Counted from the first letter of the stretch, positions 19,210-26,509 are shown. The stretch: 44,166 bases of DNA from Chloroflexaceae bacterium UBA1466 (GCA_002325605.1 DCSM01000073.1:1-44166), one strand, 5' to 3'. The notes: generated from the letters alone by a model not told the origin. Translations and numbers: made by a program.

Positions 19210-20846
19210 TGCGCTTCGACTCTTACTTCAGCCCAATTGGGGGCCGTTAGGCCGGAAGGGTTTAAGATCAAACCCTTGACCGTCGGGCGCACGAGAATGG
19301 ACGTTCGCGGATTGTAGAGGGGCAACCAACCTACCTTTTCAAGCGCAATCCGTTCCGCCTTCTGATAGAGGTCGAAACGCTCATCGGCTTTTTGTTGTTC
19401 GCCCATCTGATCGGCTTGCTCCACCAAACGGTCAAATTCTTTATCAGACCAATGACCATTGTTATTTGGCGATTTGGAATGCAACTGTTGTGAAAGGAAA
19501 TTTTGCGGATCAGGATAGTCTGCGCCCCAAACACTAATATAAAGCTGAAGAGCTTGCGCGTTTTTAGGTTTTTGGTAGGTCAAGTCCATCTGTTTAATGA
19601 ACTTTTCCAAAGATAGCTCGGCCAGCTTGACCTTAATCCCTAAGCTATCTTCCCAAGTTTTTTTCAAAGTCTCAGCAACCAAAGGTACTTCGCCCGTTTT
19701 AGCGTAGGTGAGGGTTATTTCAGGAAGGTCTTGGCCGCCGAAGTAGCCCGCCAATCGCAAAGCAGCTTGTGCTGTAGCAGGATTAAAGGCTTGCCCTTCA
19801 ACCAACTTTTCTGAACCTCCCAGACCTTTAGGCAGAATCCGATCTGTGGGCATAATTGTCTCCGCAGGTAAGCTCTGCGAAAGTAACCGCTTATCCGTAG
19901 CTAAAGCTAAGGCTTGCCGAACTTGAACGTTATCAAAGGGCGAACGCTGATTATTAAAGCCTACATACCAGACGGTCAGCGCGGGAGCAACTTTTAGATC
20001 GGGGCTGTTTTGCAATTTGGCCAGATATTCTGAGGGAACATTGCTTTCACCATCACCGATAACATCTACTTCATTGCGCTGATAGCTTTGGTAGGCATCT
20101 TCAATGGTCTTGAAAAAGATCAGACGAACATTGGCGACCTTTGGAATTCCGCGCCAATAGTAAGGATTTGATTCCAAGACAAGTTCTTTTTTATGGCTCC
20201 ACTCTTTAAGCCGAAATGGCCCTGTGCCAACCGCATATTCTTGCCAATTCTTCCCCTTTTCGGCAATAACCTTCTGCGGGACAACGAAAGTATAGACGTA
20301 AGCCAACTGCGAAAGGAAGTAGGCTCTTGGCTCATCAAGCTCGATTTGCAAGGTCTGCTCATCAATGACCTTTATCCCTTTAGCCGTTTTGGTTTTCTTC
20401 TCAATGACCTCCTGGGCCCCCACGATATGCCCTAACTGGGCTGGCGCACCGAAGGAAGCAAACTCAGGAGCCAAGGCCCGATTAATCGAGTAAGCGAAAT
20501 CGTGGGCCGTTACGGGTGTTCCATCGGCAAACTTTAGCCCGTTGCGGATGGTAAAGGTATAAGTTCTCCCATCCTTGCTGACGCTCCAGCGTTCGGCTCC
20601 GTCAGGCTGAATTCGGGCATTTTCATCGCGGCGGACCAGGCCCGCAAAGATTTGATTGATCGCGGCACTCGATTTTTGGTCGCCCGCCTGCGCGGGGTCG
20701 AGGGTGGGCAAATCTGTAATGCTATCAAGGGCCCAGCGCAAAGTACCCGTTGGTTGGGTAGGTTGGGAAGGTATACACCCTCCCAAGCTCAAGCCGAGAA
20801 GAAGGGAGAGGACTAGAAGCGATGGGCCGCGAAATGGAACTGCCAT
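19206..20846 (-). CDS. ABC-transporter family-5 (peptide/nickel/oligosaccharide type) substrate-binding lipoprotein, orphan
   Basis: Lipobox LSLGGC after a signal peptide. Family-5 style core (RWSVSKDGRTYTFTIRNGLKFADGTPVTAHDF..., SVWGADYPDPQNFL). No permease or ATPase genes are adjacent. Confidence 0.9.
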   Translation of the reverse strand: MAVPFRGPSLLVLSLLLGLSLGGCIPSQPTQPTGTLRWALDSITDLPTLDPAQAGDQKSSAAINQIFAGLVRRDENARIQPDGAERWSVSKDGRTYTFTIRNGLKFADGTPVTAHDFAYSINRALAPEFASFGAPAQLGHIVGAQEVIEKKTKTAKGIKVIDEQTLQIELDEPRAYFLSQLAYVYTFVVPQKVIAEKGKNWQEYAVGTGPFRLKEWSHKKELVLESNPYYWRGIPKVANVRLIFFKTIEDAYQSYQRNEVDVIGDGESNVPSEYLAKLQNSPDLKVAPALTVWYVGFNNQRSPFDNVQVRQALALATDKRLLSQSLPAETIMPTDRILPKGLGGSEKLVEGQAFNPATAQAALRLAGYFGGQDLPEITLTYAKTGEVPLVAETLKKTWEDSLGIKVKLAELSLEKFIKQMDLTYQKPKNAQALQLYISVWGADYPDPQNFLSQQLHSKSPNNNGHWSDKEFDRLVEQADQMGEQQKADERFDLYQKAERIALEKVGWLPLYNPRTSILVRPTVKGLILNPSGLTAPNWAEVRVEAQ

Positions 20847-20876
20847 CTTTTTGTTCCTTTGGATAAAGGTTCCCTT

Positions 20877-22085
20877 TTAAGTGGTGGAAGGAGAGCATTG
20901 AAAACCCAACATCGTCGCAAGGTCGGCCAAAGTAGCTTGGGCAGCTTGCAGATTAGCACCTTCTGAAGCTGCGGACAAGATCCTTTGGGCCATCTCAGCC
21001 AAAACTTCCAGGGCTAAAGGGGTCTTCAAATCGGTGGCAAGCGCGGTTGTCAAAGCTTCACGAGCGCGACTGAGGTCAAGGGGCGTAGCAGAGCCACCTT
21101 TCACCTGGAGCGCTTCTGTTAGCTGGGCAACCTTTAGCTCTGCTTCCCTCACTCCCTTTCGTTCGTAGGAAAAGGCCTCGCGGTAGGGAAAGCTCAACAA
21201 GTACCAACGCAAAGCATTGGAAGTATGCTCCTTCACGGCCTCGCGCACAAAGACCAGATTCCCCAAAGATTTGCTCATCTTCTCCCCATCAAGGTAGACC
21301 ATCCCCGTATGCACCCAAAACTGAGCAAAGGGTTGCAGTCCTGTAACAGGCTCCGTCTGGGCAATTTCGCAGGCGTGGTGGGGGAAGATCAGATCGCTCC
21401 CACCGCCGTGAAAATCTAGCTGAGGGCCTAAGTAGCGGGTAGCCATTGCACTACATTCGATATGCCAACCAGGTCGCCCTAACCCCCAAGGGCTTTCCCA
21501 CGTCGGTTCACCATGCTTGCAAGTTTGCCAAAGGACAAAATCCAACGGGTCACGCTTCAAAGGGTCAGAAGGGTCGTTCCCGCGCTGATTGGCCGTCGCC
21601 AAAAGCCCCGCGTAATCCTGGCGGGCCATGGCCCCAAAGGAAGGATAGCTTTGCACGGCAAAGTAGACATTCCCTTCCCGTTCGTAAGCATGACCTAAGG
21701 CCAATAACTTCCCAACCAGGGGAAGCATCGTCTCGATCTCGGTACTACTCTTAGGGAAGTAAGTTGGGGGAGCAATGTTGAGGGCCGTGCAATCCGCCAG
21801 AAAACGGTCTACTTCGCGCTGGGCCAAGTCCTGCCACGGGATACCGTCACGGTTAGCCCGTTCAAAGAGCGGATCATCAACATCCGTAACATTTTGGCAA
21901 TAGCGAACTTCGGCTCCCTGCCACCGTAAGTAACGAGTTAAAACGTCAAAAACGAGATAGGTGCGGGCGTGCCCGATGTGCGTTGTGTCATAAGGGGTGA
22001 TTCCGCAGACGTAGAGCGAGATAGGCCGATCTGAAGGGAGGGTAAAGGGTTTTTGGCGGGCGGTGAGGGAGTCATACAAAAGCAT
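20877..22085 (-). CDS. Class-I cysteine ligase of the CysRS/MshC family; short (402 aa) MshC-like form
   Basis: HIGH (TTHIGHARTY) and KMSKS present. Zn/Cys-site context CGITPYD, GWHIECSA, FPHHACE. NVTDVDDPLFERANRDG and RGNDPSDP match MshC as I remember it rather than the CysRS ...DDKII.RA... motif. Only about 130 aa follow KMSKS, versus about 190 in E. coli CysRS. Confidence 0.85.
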   Translation of the reverse strand: MLLYDSLTARQKPFTLPSDRPISLYVCGITPYDTTHIGHARTYLVFDVLTRYLRWQGAEVRYCQNVTDVDDPLFERANRDGIPWQDLAQREVDRFLADCTALNIAPPTYFPKSSTEIETMLPLVGKLLALGHAYEREGNVYFAVQSYPSFGAMARQDYAGLLATANQRGNDPSDPLKRDPLDFVLWQTCKHGEPTWESPWGLGRPGWHIECSAMATRYLGPQLDFHGGGSDLIFPHHACEIAQTEPVTGLQPFAQFWVHTGMVYLDGEKMSKSLGNLVFVREAVKEHTSNALRWYLLSFPYREAFSYERKGVREAELKVAQLTEALQVKGGSATPLDLSRAREALTTALATDLKTPLALEVLAEMAQRILSAASEGANLQAAQATLADLATMLGFQCSPSTT

Positions 22086-22122
22086 AGCTAATCCTCAAGC
22101 AGGAAGGAGAAGAGCGTCGACC

Positions 22123-24027
22123 TTAGGCTGCCCTTTGCATTACAAGCAAAGGTTTAGCCTGGGTGTGCAAGAGCGGGTGAACAGCCATAATCGTGATGTC
22201 ATCGTGCTGGGCCGCCGTTCCCGCGAATTCTAAGACACTTTGAAGAATTTGTTTGACGAGAAGTTCAACATTTTGCCCAGCATGGAATTGGGCCAAGATA
22301 CTTTCTAACCTTTCAAAACCAAACAATTCGCCTGCTTCATTGTGCGCTTCGACGACCCCGTCGCTGACAAAAAGGATTGTATCATGGGGCGCAAGCGGTT
22401 GCTTTAATTCGCTATAGTTAGTTTTCAACATTGAACCGATGGGTAAGCCCCCGACATTGAGCATTTCAACTTTGGTGGGCAAATCGTTCCCGCAATGAAG
22501 GATGAAGGGGGCAATCATTCCCGCGTTGGCCACGGTCATTGAACTTTGCCCAGCATCAAAGATAGCATAAATCAAAGCCGAGTTCATGTGGCTGCCGTGC
22601 ATGCGGGAATAGAGTTGCTGATTGAGGGTTTGTAAAACCTTTGCTGGGCTGCAAGCTTCACGGGCTTTCGATTCGAGCGAACTACTGGTCAAAGCCATCA
22701 TCAAGGCTGCGCCAACCCCTTTACCTGAAACATCCCCCACCGCAATCGCAAATTGACCTTGGGGGAGATTAAGGTAAGTATAAAAATCGCCGCCGACCTC
22801 ATACGCCGGAATCGAACAGGCCTCCACCGCCAGCTGCGCTTGATTCCAGGGAGGGTAGGTCGGCAGCAAGCCCATCTGAATATCTCGGGCCAAATGCAGC
22901 CCTTCCCGCAAGCGTTCATTCTGATGTTCGACTTCCAAAAGACTGGCTTGGAGTTGCGCGGCCATTTGATTGAAGGTCTGGGCCAATTGGCCGACCTCAT
23001 CGGAACTTTCAATGTTGAGGCGATGTTCGAGGTGGCCCGCGCCTAAAGCAGCGGCCCCTTCCCGCAAAGCGGCCAAAGGTCGCAGAAGCTGTTGCGCTTG
23101 CCAAATTGCCCAGCCTAAGGCCAAAAGCCCCGTCACGATGACTACCGTCGCTAGAACGGCCACGCTCAAACGGACACTGGCAAAAGCCTCGTTGGAAGCT
23201 TGCTCCACAATCACCGACCAACCCATCGGGCTTACGGGGGCCCGCGCCCCAACAACCATTTTCCCATTCCCCCCGCGATACTCCGTTACACCACTTTCGG
23301 CCTTGAAGATCGGCTCAAAGTCGGGTGGAGGAATCCAGCCTGGTGTCCCATCATTCAGCATCACCTCGCGCCGTTCATTGACCAGCAAATAGGCAACACT
23401 ATTGGTATTGCTGCGCGCAACCCGCAGCGCCTGCTCAATCGGGACCGCACTGATCTCCGCGCTGACCACCCCGACCACCTTTGCCTTATCCCGCACGGGC
23501 AAAGCGAGGGTCAAAATGGGTTGCCCCTTACTGGTGTGAACAATATTGCTGCGCCCGCCAGTCCCCCGCAACGCATTCTGAATGAGGGGCATTCCCGTGC
23601 GGCGGACCAGCTTATTTTTAGGGTAGGTTTCTTGCGGCGTAAAGCGGGCCGTCTCCTGTCCCCGCGAATCAAGGATCGCCAACTCGCGTAAGTTAGGAAA
23701 ATTGGTACTGATCAGCGCCCGGGCCGTGATCTCTAGGCGCGTATCTGGTTTGGAAGGTTGGATGTTTTGCGTGAAACTTAAAGCTTGACCCTCTAGCGCC
23801 GTGATGTAGGTCGAAATATCTTGGGCTACTTGCTTGGCCAAGATCGCCTGACTATTATAAGTATTAGCCTGTTGGGTATGAAAACTGAAGCCAATCAGGG
23901 AAGCACCGACCACCAACAGCGGAACGGTAGAGGAGATAAAGTAAGACCACCGCAAGCGCGTGCTAATGCTGCTCTGTTTGCGGGAGATAGTTGAGATACT
24001 CCTTACACTGTTATTCGAGGGCAACAA
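22123..24027 (-). CDS. Membrane sensor phosphatase: TM - extracytoplasmic Cache-like domain - TM - HAMP - PP2C (SpoIIE)
   Basis: Two TM helices flank a ~240-aa periplasmic-type domain. HAMP (LRPLAALREGAAALGAGHLEHRL...VGQLAQTFNQMAAQL). PP2C motifs GGDFY, GDVSGKGVGAALMM, SDGVVEA, DDITIM. TTG start with SD AGGAG 5 nt upstream. Confidence 0.9.
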   Translation of the reverse strand: MLPSNNSVRSISTISRKQSSISTRLRWSYFISSTVPLLVVGASLIGFSFHTQQANTYNSQAILAKQVAQDISTYITALEGQALSFTQNIQPSKPDTRLEITARALISTNFPNLRELAILDSRGQETARFTPQETYPKNKLVRRTGMPLIQNALRGTGGRSNIVHTSKGQPILTLALPVRDKAKVVGVVSAEISAVPIEQALRVARSNTNSVAYLLVNERREVMLNDGTPGWIPPPDFEPIFKAESGVTEYRGGNGKMVVGARAPVSPMGWSVIVEQASNEAFASVRLSVAVLATVVIVTGLLALGWAIWQAQQLLRPLAALREGAAALGAGHLEHRLNIESSDEVGQLAQTFNQMAAQLQASLLEVEHQNERLREGLHLARDIQMGLLPTYPPWNQAQLAVEACSIPAYEVGGDFYTYLNLPQGQFAIAVGDVSGKGVGAALMMALTSSSLESKAREACSPAKVLQTLNQQLYSRMHGSHMNSALIYAIFDAGQSSMTVANAGMIAPFILHCGNDLPTKVEMLNVGGLPIGSMLKTNYSELKQPLAPHDTILFVSDGVVEAHNEAGELFGFERLESILAQFHAGQNVELLVKQILQSVLEFAGTAAQHDDITIMAVHPLLHTQAKPLLVMQRAA

Positions 24028-24050
24028 GAATTCTCCTACAAGCGCAGATG

Positions 24051-24503
24051 CTAAGGAGATTTTGGCGAGGGTGAAGTCGTTGGCACAGCCGGCAGAACCT
24101 CAGCATCTAGCTCTAAAACTTCGGCGGCCATCCAGCCTTGCAAGCCATCCTGAGTTGCAACCTGATACCAATTTGCCGTTTGACTCAGGAGCGAAACTTG
24201 CTGGCCTTTGGGCAACGTGACCACGATTGAACCGTTAAGGCTCGGCGTGGCCCGTAAGTTAGCCCCAATCGCAACGGTAGCGGTTAGTTCCTTTGAACGG
24301 TGCTGGCGGCCCAATGCCAAAGGGGTGAAAGTAGGAGCGGGAGTTCGGCTAGGCAAAACAGGAGTTACAGAAGGGAGGCGAGCTAAGGTCGGAAAAGGTG
24401 AAGGCCGAGGGGGAAGCGCAGTCAAAAAGAAGTCACAACCAGCCAGCAGAATCAGCGTTCCAGTCAGGAGAATCAAAGACCCAAAACGAAACAGGACTTG
24501 CAT
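24051..24503 (-). CDS. Lipoprotein with Pro-rich linker and bacterial SH3 (SH3b) domain
   Basis: Start at MQVLFRFGSLILLTGTLILLAGC (lipobox LLAGC). SH3b-like ANLRATPSLNGSIVVTLPKGQQVSLLSQTANWYQVATQDGLQGWM. The ORF-track start at 24584 would overlap tRNA-Pro. Confidence 0.75.
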   Translation of the reverse strand: MQVLFRFGSLILLTGTLILLAGCDFFLTALPPRPSPFPTLARLPSVTPVLPSRTPAPTFTPLALGRQHRSKELTATVAIGANLRATPSLNGSIVVTLPKGQQVSLLSQTANWYQVATQDGLQGWMAAEVLELDAEVLPAVPTTSPSPKSP

Positions 24504-24556
24504 CAAAAAGCTACCTAAGTTGGAATAGTTACTGCTTTGTTGGCAATAGCAGATTT

Positions 24557-24633
24557 TTGGTCGGGGCGAGTGGACTTGAACCACCGACCTCCGCGTCCCG
24601 AACGCGGCGCTCTACCAGGCTGAGCCACGCCCC
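24557..24633 (-). tRNA. tRNA-Pro (anticodon CGG), CCA encoded
   Basis: Reverse complement is CGGGGCGTGGCTCAGCCTGGTAGAGCGCCGCGTTCGGGACGCGGAGGTCGGTGGTTCAAGTCCACTCGCCCCGACCA. It folds as a cloverleaf with a 7-bp acceptor stem, anticodon loop TTCGGGA and a TTCAAGT T-loop. Confidence 0.95.
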
Positions 24634-24643
24634 GCTAAATTGA

Positions 24644-24730
24644 CTGGTGCCGAAGGTGGGAGTCGAACCCACATGAGGTTGCCCTCAACGGTTTTTGAGA
24701 CCGCCGCGTCTGCCATTCCGCCACTTCGGC
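24644..24730 (-). tRNA. tRNA-Leu (anticodon CAA), long variable arm, CCA encoded
   Basis: Reverse complement is GCCGAAGTGGCGGAATGGCAGACGCGGCGGTCTCAAAAACCGTTGAGGGCAACCTCATGTGGGTTCGACTCCCACCTTCGGCACCA. Anticodon loop CTCAAAA, type-II variable arm. Confidence 0.95.
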
Positions 24731-24743
24731 TTAACTGCGCTTG

Positions 24744-24772
24744 AGTATAGCAGAAGATTGCCAGTCTGTCAA
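24744..24772 (-). promoter_or_regulatory. Near-consensus sigma70-type promoter for the tRNA-Leu/tRNA-Pro unit
   Basis: On the - strand: TTGACA (24772-24767), a 17-nt spacer, then TATACT (24749-24744). It ends about 13 nt upstream of the tRNA-Leu 5' end. Confidence 0.7.
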
Positions 24773-24809
24773 TGTCCTAAACTCAGGGGCTATTTCCTTT
24801 AGTTTACGC

Positions 24810-25091
24810 TTAGGTTTCGCTGGCTTCCACTTTTTGCGCTTGTTCGGCCTCTAATTCACGTGATTTAGCCTGATATTCGCGCTTTTTCAAGATTTGCAAA
24901 ACGATGCCTGTAGCGATAATTGAAATCAGCACCCCTGGCCAGAAGAGTTTGGCTTGATGAATGACAAAAGAAACGATAAAGGAGCCACTAAAGCCTAGAA
25001 CAAAGACTAATCCCGCTTGCATATAGACTTCAAAGCTCGTGCAATGCAGATAACGATAGTCTTGGGCACTCAGATCGTTTAGTTTTTTCAC
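24810..25091 (-). CDS. Small two-TM membrane protein (93 aa), hypothetical
   Basis: GTG start with SD AGAGGAAA 5 nt upstream. Two hydrophobic helices, then a charged KKREYQAKSRELEAEQAQK tail. Confidence 0.5.
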   Translation of the reverse strand: MKKLNDLSAQDYRYLHCTSFEVYMQAGLVFVLGFSGSFIVSFVIHQAKLFWPGVLISIIATGIVLQILKKREYQAKSRELEAEQAQKVEASET

Positions 25092-25120
25092 TATTTTCCT
25101 CTAAAAAAGCTCTATTCTAA

Positions 25121-25513
25121 CGCGACCTTGGAATCAACGGCTTTAGCCGTTACCCATAAATTTGTGGACTCCGAGGGTGAAAGCTCCGCCGCGACCTTGG
25201 AATCAACGGCTTTAGCCGTGGCCCAAACCGCAAGAGTTTCAGAGGCTCTTGAAAAGAGGCGTATGCGGCTGCTTAGTTAAGGCAAGCCAAGAATATCACA
25301 TTTTGCCTTGAGGAGCAAACAGCAAGCTAAAATTTGTCTCTTTGGAGTCCACAACTTTAGCTGGTGGGCCACGGCTAAAGCGGTGGACTCCGCGGGTGAA
25401 AAAGTTTCATAGTCCCGGATGGCTCTAAAAAACTCAAGCTATTTTCCCTCAGAGCCACCAGCTAAAGCTGGTGGGCCACGGCTAAAGTCGTGGATTCCTG
25501 GGGTGAAAACTCC
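25121..25513. repeat. Cluster of REP-like stem-loop repeats (5 related copies, both orientations) in a 520-bp divergent intergenic region
   Basis: Perfect 30-bp direct repeat CGCGACCTTGGAATCAACGGCTTTAGCCGT at 25121-25150 and 25190-25219. Inverted relatives CCACGGCTAAAGCGGTGGACTCCGCGGGTGAAAA (25369-) and CCACGGCTAAAGTCGTGGATTCCTGGGGTGAAAA (25476-). Partial copy GTGGACTCCGAGGGTGAAA (25164-). Perfect hairpin CCACCAGC-TAAA-GCTGGTGG at 25455-25474. Confidence 0.8.
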
Positions 25514-25525
25514 ATCCGTGGCTGC

Positions 25526-25554
25526 TTGACATCCTAGAAAGAACCTGCTATAGT
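25526..25554 (+). promoter_or_regulatory. Near-consensus sigma70-type promoter of the dtxR-feoA-feoB operon
   Basis: TTGACA (25526-25531), a 17-nt spacer, then TATAGT (25549-25554). Confidence 0.75.
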
Positions 25555-25562
25555 TTCTAAGA

Positions 25563-25576
25563 TAAGGTAGACCTTA
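25563..25576 (+). promoter_or_regulatory. Candidate DtxR-family operator (dyad TAAGGT-AG-ACCTTA) just downstream of the -10
   Basis: Perfect 6-2-6 palindrome starting 9 nt after the -10 hexamer. The AGGT/ACCT half-sites resemble the TTAGGTTAGCCTAACCTAA iron-box core. Confidence 0.45.
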
Positions 25577-25611
25577 AAACTTTCAGAGAGATACCCGAAG
25601 TTGCCGCAATT

Positions 25612-26268
25612 GTGAGCGAAAATAGCGAAATGTACCTGGTGACGCTGGCCCTCTTGCACGGACAAGAGCAGCCTGTTCCGCTCTCGCTGCTGGCCCAGAA
25701 TCTGGCCGTCTCGCCTGTCTCGGTCAATGAAATGTGTCGGAAACTCACCGAGCGCGGTTTGATCGAATATCAGCCTTACAAAGGGGCAACGCTGACTTTT
25801 GCGGGCCGAGCTATCGCGCAACATATTTTAGATCGCCGCCGCCTTTGGGAAGTTTTTTTGGTCAAAAAATTACAAATGGAAGCGGTGGAAGCCGAAGATC
25901 TTGCTTGTCGGTTGGAACACATCACCTCAGATAATTTAATGGAACGACTGGCGCTTTTTTTAGGCAAGCCTTTATCTTGGCAGGCGCAACTGAGCCGTTC
26001 GTTAGCCACGCTCACCGCTGGGCAACGTGGCCAAATCCTCAATATCGGTGCTGATGCTCAAATTCAAAACTTCTTGCAAGCGCAAGGAGTTGCTGTTGGC
26101 CTCACTGTGGAGGTGTTGGCATTAGCCATGCATGGTTCTTTCCTGCTCAAAACTGCAACGCAAAATCTCGTTTTAAGCCAAGAAATTGCGACGCAGATTG
26201 AAGTTTTTTTGCTCAATGAGCAAGAATCAGCAACTTTTCAGGAGGCTCCTTATGGTTTTAGAGCGTAA
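25612..26268 (+). CDS. DtxR/IdeR-family metal-dependent transcriptional repressor with C-terminal SH3-like (FeoA-type) domain
   Basis: N-terminal wHTH (SEMYLVTL...VSPVSVNEMCRKLTERGLI). Metal-site segment DLACRLEHITSDNLMERL aligns with DtxR EACRWEHVMSDEVERRL. GTG start. Confidence 0.9.
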   Translation: MSENSEMYLVTLALLHGQEQPVPLSLLAQNLAVSPVSVNEMCRKLTERGLIEYQPYKGATLTFAGRAIAQHILDRRRLWEVFLVKKLQMEAVEAEDLACRLEHITSDNLMERLALFLGKPLSWQAQLSRSLATLTAGQRGQILNIGADAQIQNFLQAQGVAVGLTVEVLALAMHGSFLLKTATQNLVLSQEIATQIEVFLLNEQESATFQEAPYGFRA

Positions 26269-26494
26269 TAATTTACAGCCGCTTACCAAGATCGGGACAG
26301 GCCAAGTTGTGCGTTTAGTCAATATTGCGGCAGGTTCTACCTTAGTCCGCCGTTTGACTGAATTGGGCCTCACGCCAGGCGTAGAATTCAAGGTTATTCA
26401 AGCTCAAGGAGGCCCCGTTTTGCTGGCGGTCCGCGATGCCCGCTTGGCTTTGGGGCACGGAATGGCCCAAAAAATTTTGGTCGAATATGTTTAG
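26252..26494 (+). CDS. feoA: Ferrous iron transport protein A
   Basis: 80-aa SH3-like FeoA (LTKIGTGQVVRLVNIAAGSTLVRRLTELGLTPGVEFKVI...). The ATG at 26252 is preceded by AGGAGG. It overlaps the dtxR-family stop by 17 nt. The ORF-track start at 26186 is an upstream extension. Confidence 0.85.
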   Translation: MVLERNNLQPLTKIGTGQVVRLVNIAAGSTLVRRLTELGLTPGVEFKVIQAQGGPVLLAVRDARLALGHGMAQKILVEYV

Positions 26495-26509
26495 GAAAGG
26501 CGGAAGCCA

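Noticed and set aside
20877-22085. A plain cysS (cysteinyl-tRNA synthetase) annotation
   Set aside because: This is not fully rejected, but I did not use it as the gene symbol. The length and the DDPLFERA/RGNDP segments look MshC-like, and the anticodon-binding extension seems absent. It needs an HMM or phylogeny check.
22753-23691. Three + strand ORFs (97, 140 and 163 aa) opposite the Cache/HAMP-PP2C gene
   Set aside because: They are fully nested antisense to a gene with clear HAMP and PP2C motifs. None has an SD or a recognisable domain.
24504-24584. Longer N-terminus for the SH3b lipoprotein (ORF-track start at 24584)
   Set aside because: It would overlap tRNA-Pro (24557-24633). The internal Met at 24503 begins a classic signal peptide with a lipobox.
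24557-25120. Genomic island or integrative element at the tRNA genes
   Set aside because: There is no integrase, excisionase or transposase. I found no direct repeat of a tRNA 3' end anywhere in the window. The flanking genes look chromosomal.
25121-25513. Possible CRISPR array
   Set aside because: Only two identical direct repeats are present. The other copies are inverted and irregularly spaced, the spacers are not uniform, and there are no cas genes in the window. It fits REP/MITE-like elements better.
25534-25824. Minus-strand ORFs (96 and 63 aa) overlapping the dtxR-family start
   Set aside because: They lie antisense to a well-supported regulator gene and across its consensus promoter. 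No motif is present.
26186-26251. Longer FeoA start; also the TTG start at 26997 for the FeoB permease ORF
   Set aside because: Both extensions are out-of-frame overlaps with the preceding genes and have no family similarity. The internal ATGs (26252 and 27021) have SD sequences.
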